This document shows, piece by piece, positions 57,887 through 64,000 of a stretch of 64,000 nt of DNA. The position numbers and the translations under genes were made by a program. This DNA comes from Hyphomicrobiales bacterium (GTDB lineage Bacteria; Pseudomonadota; Alphaproteobacteria; Rhizobiales; Xanthobacteraceae). Under the pieces are notes generated by a model, which made no database searches, was not told the DNA's origin, and saw nothing but the letters and a program-made list of their open reading frames with translations. The first letter of the stretch is position 1. Every line of letters begins with the position of its first letter. The DNA lies in assembly GCA_017305665.1 (NCBI GenBank), contig JAFKKH010000012.1, positions 187,617-251,616 of the forward strand. The letters run 5' to 3'.

Positions 57887-59470
57887 ATGAGGGGCGTGGG
57901 TCAATACGGTGTTCGGCGCATTCTTTGCGTATTTCCCCGCTACACGTCGTCGTTCGGCACGTTCGAGTATGCCTATCCTCTGACTGCTGGTGTGCAGGCG
58001 TTCATGCCGCCGCAGGGACTTCTGGTCATTGCGGCCTATCTGCCGGCCGATTGGAAGGTTCGCTTCATCGACGAGAATATTCGCGCGGCCACGGACGAGG
58101 ATTTCGCGTGGGCGGAAGCCGTGCTTGTCAGTGGCATGCACATCCAGCGCCAGCAGATGAACGACATCTGCAACCGCGCTCATGCTTTCAACCTTCCCGT
58201 TGCGATCGGTGGCCCCTCGGTCAGCGCCTGTCCGGACTACTATCCGTCGTTCGACTATCTTCACGTCGGCGAACTCGGCGATGCCACCGACGAATTGATC
58301 GCGCGGCTGGCGCGCGATCCCTCGCGTCCGGCTCGTCAGATCGTGCTCACCACCGCCGACCGGCTGGACATGGACAAGTTTCCGATCCCTGCCTACGAGC
58401 TTGCCGACATCAGCCATTATTTTCTCGGCAGCATCCAGTATTCCAGCGGCTGCCCATACCAGTGTGAATTCTGCGATATTCCAGGTCTCTACGGACGCAA
58501 TCCGCGCCTCAAGACACCTGAACAGATCACGCGCGAGCTCGACAAGCTGCTGGAGTGCGGAATTTCCGGCTCGGTCTATTTTGTCGACGATAACTTCATC
58601 GGCAATCGCAAGGCGGCACTGGATCTCCTGCCGCATTTGGTCGAGTGGCAGAAAAAGACCGGCTATGTGCTGCGCTTTTCCTGCGAGGCGACGCTGAATA
58701 TCGCAAAGCGCCCGGAAATCCTGGAGAAGATGCGCGAAGCCTTCTTCGCCACCATCTTCTGCGGTATCGAGACGCCGGATCCAGTCGCGCTGAAAGCGAT
58801 GCACAAGGATCACAACATGATGGTTCCCATCATGGAAGCGATCAAGACGTTGAACGACTTTGGCATGGAGGTCGTGTCGGGAATCATCCTCGGGCTCGAT
58901 ACCGACAAGCCGGAAACCGGAAGCCATCTGCTCAATTTCATCGATCAGTCGCAGATTCCGCTTCTGACCATCAATCTGCTGCAGGCTTTGCCGAAGACAC
59001 CATTGTGGGACCGCCTGAAGCGCGAAAACCGTCTGATCGAAGACGAGGATCGTGATTCCAACGTCGATTTCCGACTGCCTTACGAGCAGGTGGTGACGAC
59101 GTGGCGCAATTGCATGGGAAGCGCCTACCAGCCCGACAAACTGCTCGAGCGCTTCGAATACCAGATCCGCAATACCTATCCGAACCGGATTCAGCCGCGC
59201 ACCCGGGAGCAGATGTCATGGCGCTATATCAAGCTCGGGCTGACCATGCTGCGCAATATTATCTGGAAGGTCGGCGTGCGCGGTGACTACAAGCGCGCGT
59301 TCTGGGCATTTGCGCTGCGGCGGCTCATGCGGGGCGAGATCGAATATCTCATCAGTTCGATCATGGTGGCGCATCACCTGATCATGTTCGCGCGCTCGGC
59401 CTCGCGCGGCAAAACCAATGCTTCCTACTACTCCCTGAAATTGCAGCAGGCATCCGTTCCCGCCGAATAG
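57887..59470 (+). CDS. hpnP: Hopanoid C-2 methylase (cobalamin-binding class B radical SAM)
   Basis: [33 protein letters not shown] (CxxxCxxC), FVDDNFIGN; strongly resembles R. palustris HpnP as I recall it; RBS GGAGG. Confidence 0.9.
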   Translation: MRGVGQYGVRRILCVFPRYTSSFGTFEYAYPLTAGVQAFMPPQGLLVIAAYLPADWKVRFIDENIRAATDEDFAWAEAVLVSGMHIQRQQMNDICNRAHAFNLPVAIGGPSVSACPDYYPSFDYLHVGELGDATDELIARLARDPSRPARQIVLTTADRLDMDKFPIPAYELADISHYFLGSIQYSSGCPYQCEFCDIPGLYGRNPRLKTPEQITRELDKLLECGISGSVYFVDDNFIGNRKAALDLLPHLVEWQKKTGYVLRFSCEATLNIAKRPEILEKMREAFFATIFCGIETPDPVALKAMHKDHNMMVPIMEAIKTLNDFGMEVVSGIILGLDTDKPETGSHLLNFIDQSQIPLLTINLLQALPKTPLWDRLKRENRLIEDEDRDSNVDFRLPYEQVVTTWRNCMGSAYQPDKLLERFEYQIRNTYPNRIQPRTREQMSWRYIKLGLTMLRNIIWKVGVRGDYKRAFWAFALRRLMRGEIEYLISSIMVAHHLIMFARSASRGKTNASYYSLKLQQASVPAE

Positions 59471-59483
59471 GCGAGAGGCAACC

Positions 59484-60260
59484 ATGCAGACGCAACCGCC
59501 GGGCCGACCGATCGACGACCTGCGCCGCCTGACGCCGGCGCGCGTCGGGCTCGGCCGCGTGGGCGCCGGATTGCCTACGCAGGCGCTGCTGGCGTTCACG
59601 CTCGACCATGCGCGGGCACGTGACGCCGTTCATGCGCCATTCGATTCGGCTGGAGTTCTCGCGGCGATGCAAGCGCTCGGGCTCAGAACCTTCGAGGTTT
59701 CGAGCCGTGCCGGGAGTCGCGACCAGTATCTGCGGCGTCCCGATCTCGGACGACAACTCGACGAGCCGTCGCGGCAGACGTTGCAAGGACAGGTCAGCGA
59801 CAATGCGGCGAAGGTGGTCGTTGTGGTCGGCGACGGCCTTTCGCCGGCAGCGGTCAATACCCATGCGGTGGAATTGGTCCGTCATCTGGTTCCGAAGCTT
59901 GCAACGGAGGGCCTCGAACCGGCTACAGCGGTGGTGGCGTCCGGTGCGCGAGTCGCTTTGGGCGATGAGATCGGTGCGCTGCTTGGGGCGCGTCTCGTGG
60001 TCGTATTGATCGGTGAACGGCCCGGCTTGTCGGCGCCGCAAAGTCTTGGCGCCTATCTGACGTTTGCGCCGAGGCCGGGACTGACCGACGCGGATCGCAA
60101 CTGCATTTCGAACATCCATGCCGCAGGTCTTGGTTATGACGAAGCGTCGACCAAAATCGCCTGGCTGTGTCGCGAGGCCTTGGCGCGTGGGCGTTCGGGT
60201 GTCGGCTTGAAAGACGAAAGCGGCCTGCAATCGGTGGCATCGCTCTTGCCGCCGTCGTGA
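59484..60260 (+). CDS. eutC: Ethanolamine ammonia-lyase small subunit
   Basis: [48 protein letters not shown]. Confidence 0.95.
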   Translation: MQTQPPGRPIDDLRRLTPARVGLGRVGAGLPTQALLAFTLDHARARDAVHAPFDSAGVLAAMQALGLRTFEVSSRAGSRDQYLRRPDLGRQLDEPSRQTLQGQVSDNAAKVVVVVGDGLSPAAVNTHAVELVRHLVPKLATEGLEPATAVVASGARVALGDEIGALLGARLVVVLIGERPGLSAPQSLGAYLTFAPRPGLTDADRNCISNIHAAGLGYDEASTKIAWLCREALARGRSGVGLKDESGLQSVASLLPPS

Positions 60261-60364
60261 GGCGACACGTGTTCCCGGTATTTCATTTTGGCGTGAGCGA
60301 TACGGAACGCGCATAATTTGCCCCGGCTTGCGATCTACCGTGGAAACGGGTACACCCTTTGCGT

Positions 60365-60376
60365 CGTAAATTTACG
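60365..60376. promoter_or_regulatory. Perfect palindrome upstream of the MMPL gene
   Basis: CGTAAATTTACG, ~105 bp before the start. Confidence 0.4.
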
Positions 60377-60480
60377 CGTGTTTTCAAGGACTAATGCGGG
60401 TTGCCAGCCGGTTCCGGGCGTCGCTCCAAAGCCCTGCGGAAATCTGCTAGACGATAACCTCACCACGGAATGGACAGGGC

Positions 60481-62847
60481 ATGCTTGAGCGAAACCCGGA
60501 CGCTGCCGATCTGACCGCCCCGGTCAAACGGTCGCCCAGCATCGCCTTCGGGCTCGAGCGGATCGGACTGATTGCGGTCCGCGCGCCGATCCTGTCCTGC
60601 ATCATCCTGCTCGCCATGGTGATCGGCGCGGTATTCGGCATCCACCGCATCAAGATCGACGATTCGCTCAGCCAGCTCTTTCGCTCCGACACCAAGGAGT
60701 ATCATCAGTACGAGGAGGTGACGAAGCGCTTCCCGTCGACGGAGTTCGACGTGCTGGTCGTGGTCGAGGGCAAGACGCTGCTCGAGCGCAACAACCTCGA
60801 AAAGCTGCGCGACATGGTCACCGATCTGCAGCTGATCGACGGTGTGCGCGGGCTGATCTCGCTGTTCTCGGCACGTCAGGCGCCGGAGCCCGGCAAGCTG
60901 CCGGCAGCGCTGTTTCCGTCCGATCTGCCGAAAGGAGCGGACTACGACAAATTCATCGAAACCGTGAAGTCCAACGAGATCATTCGCGGAAAATTGTTGT
61001 CCGATGACGGTACGCTAGCCCTGGTCGTGCTGTCGCTGGAGCCATCCATCGTCGGCGACAGCAGGCTGAATACGGCCATCACGCAGATCCGCAAGGTCAT
61101 GAACGACGATCTTGCCGGCTCCGGGCTTACCAAGGAACTGTCCGGTGTACCGGTGATGCAGCTCGAAATCCGCAACGCGGTGGAGCGCGACGGCATCATC
61201 TATAACGTGGCCGGTATTCTGGCCGGCTGTCTGATCGCGATCGTGTTCTTCCGACGGGTGTCCTTCATGGTTGTCGCGGCGTTCCCGCCGCTGCTCGCGA
61301 TCCTGCTGGCCCTGGGTGTGCTGGGCTGGGCCAACTTCAGCCTCAACATGTTCCTCAACGTGATGACACCGCTCATCATGGTCATCAGTTTCTCCGATTC
61401 CATGCAGTTGACGTTCGCTGCGCGCGATCGCCTGATCGCCGGTGAGGACAAATACACCGCATTCCGTAACGCGGTTCTGGTGGTCGGCCCCGCCTGTGTA
61501 CTGACCCATGCGACCGCTGGAATTTCGTTCATCGCGCTGCAGTTCTCGAACTCGGATCTGATCCGCAGTTTCGGCGAGGCGGGGCTGCTGGCGACCGTGA
61601 TCGCGCTGCTCGCGGTGTTGTCGCTGGTGCCGGTGTTCGGCGTTCTGCTGGTCCGTCATGAAGAGCGCTTCGCCCAGAAATTCAAAACATCGGATGCCGG
61701 GGTGCAGGCGCTCCGCCGCTTCTGCGCCTGGATCGCGGAACGGATGGTGGGGCATCCCGGCTTCTTCAGTTTGCTGGCGCTCGTCGTGGTCGGCGGCTTG
61801 GCGGTGGTCTATGCCAACCTCGAGCCGCGTTACCGGCTGGCCGATCAGGTGCCCGACAAGCAGCAGGCAGTTGCGGCGAGCGGACGCCTCGATGCAAAGT
61901 TGACAGGCGCCAATCCGATCGACGTCTTGATCGAATTCCCCAAAGGCGAAACGCTGTATTCGCCGCAGACGCTTGCCGTCATCGCGGCGGTTCACAAACT
62001 GGTCGAGGAGCAGGCGGGCGTCGGCAACGTCTGGTCGCTGGAAACCCTTCGCCGCTGGCTGGCTGAAAAGGCCCACACCGACGACGTTGCGACGCTCAAG
62101 GAGTATGTCAGCGTCATTCCAAAGCATCTGGTTCGCCGCTTCATCTCCAAAGATCAGACCGCGGTCGTGGTCTCGGGTCGTGTGCCCGATAAGGATTCCA
62201 GCCAGATCCTGCCCGTGGTCGACAAACTCGATCACGCCATGGGTGCCGTCCGGAAGGCGCATCCCGGCTATGAAATCGCCGTCACCGGTCTCTCGGCGAT
62301 CGCTGCGCGCAACAGCGCCAGCATGATCGAAAAGCTGAATCACGGCCTTACGATCGAGTTCGCGCTGGTTGCGATCTTCATCGGACTGGCCTTCCGTTCC
62401 GTCGTCGTGATGTTCGCCTGCATCTTGCCCGGCATCTTCCCGGTCGTGCTGTCCGGTACGGTGCTGTGGGCGTTGGGGGAGGGGCTGCAGTTTGCCTCCG
62501 TCGTGGCGCTCACCGTCTCGTTCGGGCTTGGGCTCAGTGCAACCATCCACTTCCTCAATCGTCTGCGATCCGAAAGCAAACCGGGCGTCGGCGCGGGCGA
62601 AGCGGTCGAACGTGCGACCGTACTGATGGGGCCGGCGCTGATCCTCACCACGGTGGTGCTGGCATGCGGTCTGGTGGTGACGGTGTTCTCGGACCTGCCG
62701 TCGCTGCGCCTGTTCGGCTGGCTCAGCGCCTTCGCCATGGTTGCCGCGCTGGTCGCCGACTTCCTGATCCTGCGTCCGACGGCGATGTGGCTGATTACGT
62801 TTGCCGAGCGGTTACGCGGCGGCAAACAGGCAAAAGCCGCGAAATAG
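60481..62847 (+). CDS. MMPL/RND-family lipid transporter (HpnN-related, shorter paralog type)
   Basis: Duplicated TM + periplasmic loop + 5 TM architecture, LSGVPVM, VTGLSAI, PSLRLFG; adjacent to hpnP. Confidence 0.88.
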   Translation: MLERNPDAADLTAPVKRSPSIAFGLERIGLIAVRAPILSCIILLAMVIGAVFGIHRIKIDDSLSQLFRSDTKEYHQYEEVTKRFPSTEFDVLVVVEGKTLLERNNLEKLRDMVTDLQLIDGVRGLISLFSARQAPEPGKLPAALFPSDLPKGADYDKFIETVKSNEIIRGKLLSDDGTLALVVLSLEPSIVGDSRLNTAITQIRKVMNDDLAGSGLTKELSGVPVMQLEIRNAVERDGIIYNVAGILAGCLIAIVFFRRVSFMVVAAFPPLLAILLALGVLGWANFSLNMFLNVMTPLIMVISFSDSMQLTFAARDRLIAGEDKYTAFRNAVLVVGPACVLTHATAGISFIALQFSNSDLIRSFGEAGLLATVIALLAVLSLVPVFGVLLVRHEERFAQKFKTSDAGVQALRRFCAWIAERMVGHPGFFSLLALVVVGGLAVVYANLEPRYRLADQVPDKQQAVAASGRLDAKLTGANPIDVLIEFPKGETLYSPQTLAVIAAVHKLVEEQAGVGNVWSLETLRRWLAEKAHTDDVATLKEYVSVIPKHLVRRFISKDQTAVVVSGRVPDKDSSQILPVVDKLDHAMGAVRKAHPGYEIAVTGLSAIAARNSASMIEKLNHGLTIEFALVAIFIGLAFRSVVVMFACILPGIFPVVLSGTVLWALGEGLQFASVVALTVSFGLGLSATIHFLNRLRSESKPGVGAGEAVERATVLMGPALILTTVVLACGLVVTVFSDLPSLRLFGWLSAFAMVAALVADFLILRPTAMWLITFAERLRGGKQAKAAK

Positions 62848-62949
62848 AAGTCGCAACCGCCGCGCTGATGTCGCGGCCCGGCCGCAACACGCAAATGCCC
62901 GGCGTGAGGCCGAGCGTGACGATTCAAATCGAATTTTATTCAGTTGCCA

Positions 62950-63048
62950 TAGCGTTTTCGAGCGAAGTGGAGTTCGCGTGAAGAAAACGCGTCAGATCAA
63001 AATCATAGAGTTCCGCTTCTGATTCCATCAGAAACGGAATAGCTCTAG
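62950..63048. repeat. Composite palindromic element, family E (CTAG-ended), degenerate
   Basis: TAGCGTTTTCGAGCGAAGTGG...GTTCGCGTGAAGAAAACGCGTCA module plus TAGAG-TTCCG-CTTCTGAT-TCC-ATCAGAA-ACGGAA-TAG-CTCTA hairpin; I recognise this as a common bradyrhizobial repeat. Confidence 0.7.
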
Positions 63049-63545
63049 CTGCGAACCATCGTGATGGAGACGCCGCGGATTTCACCCTTCGAGGTGATGG
63101 AGACCGATTGCTTGTTGCCATTTGCGCGCACCGTCAGGTTCGCGGCGAAGCCCGCAGCTTCCACGAATACCTGAATCTCGCCGCCGCCGGCGCGGCCGCG
63201 CACGGAGCCGAAGACGTTGCGGCTCGCTTCGCTCCAGTTGCCGGTGATTTCGTCGCCTTCGCTGACGACATCGCTCGAGAGGTCGAATTTGTAGCTGTCG
63301 CTGGCGCAGCGCAGCGATTGCTTGAGGCCTTTACCTGTGCCGTCTACCTTGTAGGAGGCCCTGCACCGGATGTTCTCCTTCGACCCGTCGGATAGCGCGA
63401 CCGTGCCGCTTCCCGACCAGTTTCCGGCAAAGCCGGCGAACGGAGACGATTGCGCGTAACTCGCGGATGCGGACAATGCGACGCCTGCGACAAAGCCGGC
63501 TACCATCATCGTCTTCCGAACCAGTTTGGAGGCAAACAGTTTCAT
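63045..63545 (-). CDS. Conserved hypothetical secreted beta-strand-rich protein
   Basis: Signal peptide ending ASYA, then FAGNWSGSG, IRCRA, LRCASDSYKF, GNWSE; two Cys; coding-like codon usage; alternative start 63563. Confidence 0.75.
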   Translation of the reverse strand: MKLFASKLVRKTMMVAGFVAGVALSASASYAQSSPFAGFAGNWSGSGTVALSDGSKENIRCRASYKVDGTGKGLKQSLRCASDSYKFDLSSDVVSEGDEITGNWSEASRNVFGSVRGRAGGGEIQVFVEAAGFAANLTVRANGNKQSVSITSKGEIRGVSITMVRS

Positions 63546-64000
63546 ATCCGATTTTCCCATCAAAATGATATTCTAGGTAATGACCCTTCGCGGCGCATCA
63601 AGCTTTTAGTCTTGTTGTGCATCGCGAGGTTCAATGTTGGCAGCATGGTTGGTGCCTCTTACATCGAATCGTCCTGCTCCTGCCTCCGTCACTGCGATGA
63701 AATTATCATCAAAGCGCATAAAGTATGTTTGACAGGCCGGTGCCACGCGGGTCCATGGATGGAACACCCGCGGCGCCCTTTTCACCGAAGTATTAGTCAA
63801 TATATTTCAGTTGGTTAGCGAGCCTCCTCGGAAAAACATCTGAGGCCCTCGAACCAACTTGTTCGCCGTCGTAAATTTGGCCGCATTTGCCAGTGCTTTT
63901 GGCCGTTGTGGAATACCGGATCTGCTGGTGCACCAAGACATTGGTCATGTTGACAGCGGCCGGTACTGACCGCATCCGATGGGGTGAGGCGTAAAGTGTG

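Noticed and set aside
60304-60329. Second EcfG-like promoter (GGAAC-N19-TT) before the MMPL gene
   Set aside because: The -10 element reads GCTT with off spacing; too weak in GC-rich DNA.
3152-62550. Many long antisense or alternate-frame ORFs (e.g. 3152-4975, 8785-10278, 21939-23540, 33556-35055, 39478-40947, 41542-43068, 57542-58927, 61015-62550)
   Set aside because: Each shadows a clearly recognisable gene, is Arg/His/Ala-rich with no family motif, and is expected from stop-codon scarcity in GC-rich DNA.
60481-62847. Calling the MMPL gene hpnN
   Set aside because: It is shorter than I expect for HpnN and lacks the second-repeat Asp; a paralog is more likely, so no gene symbol was given.
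13219-63048. Repeated palindromes as a CRISPR array or IS elements
   Set aside because: They are dispersed singly, have no regular repeat-spacer period, and no cas, transposase or integrase gene is present.
63793-63975. 60-aa ORF at the window end, and the 62801-63022 and 62936-63121 ORFs
   Set aside because: No family motifs or RBS; the latter two are translations of the family E repeat.

Overview
GC-rich alphaproteobacterial chromosome segment. Gene content and repeat families point to Bradyrhizobiaceae/Nitrobacteraceae (inference). It is almost entirely metabolic, and I see no rRNA, tRNA, CRISPR, transposase, integrase or phage genes. In order: (1) tetronate catabolism ltnD-otnI-otnK; (2) an RND permease plus adaptor and a LysR; (3) a ~19 kb acyl-CoA/lipid catabolism region with a Baeyer-Villiger monooxygenase, an LvaA/LvaB-like phosphotransferase pair, an acyl-CoA dehydrogenase, three crotonases, SDRs and two CoA ligases; (4) ppc; (5) DUF35-thiolase-SDR; (6) LysR, a HAAT-type ABC importer, amidase, split AtuA, second amidase and DUF2848; (7) 2OG-Fe(II) oxygenase-alkB; (8) a homoprotocatechuate meta-cleavage cluster (hpaHFED, FAH-family gene, hpaR) with an extra ThDP enzyme, an Ldh_2 dehydrogenase, an HpaI-type aldolase and a UxaA-type dehydratase; (9) eutB-hpnP-eutC, where the hopanoid C-2 methylase with an EcfG-type promoter sits between the two ethanolamine ammonia-lyase subunits, followed by an MMPL transporter and a small secreted protein. 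About ten intergenic palindromic REP/MITE-like elements from five families are present. The best leads are: a probable 4-hydroxy/4-oxo-acid phosphorylation-elimination pathway differing from the P. putida lva model; the orphan amidase/AtuA/DUF2848 catabolic unit; the eut/hpnP/MMPL module with a shared GTAA-N2-TTAC motif; and a structurally conserved hairpin doublet at 32071-32236. All family assignments come from motif recognition by eye; no database searches were run.
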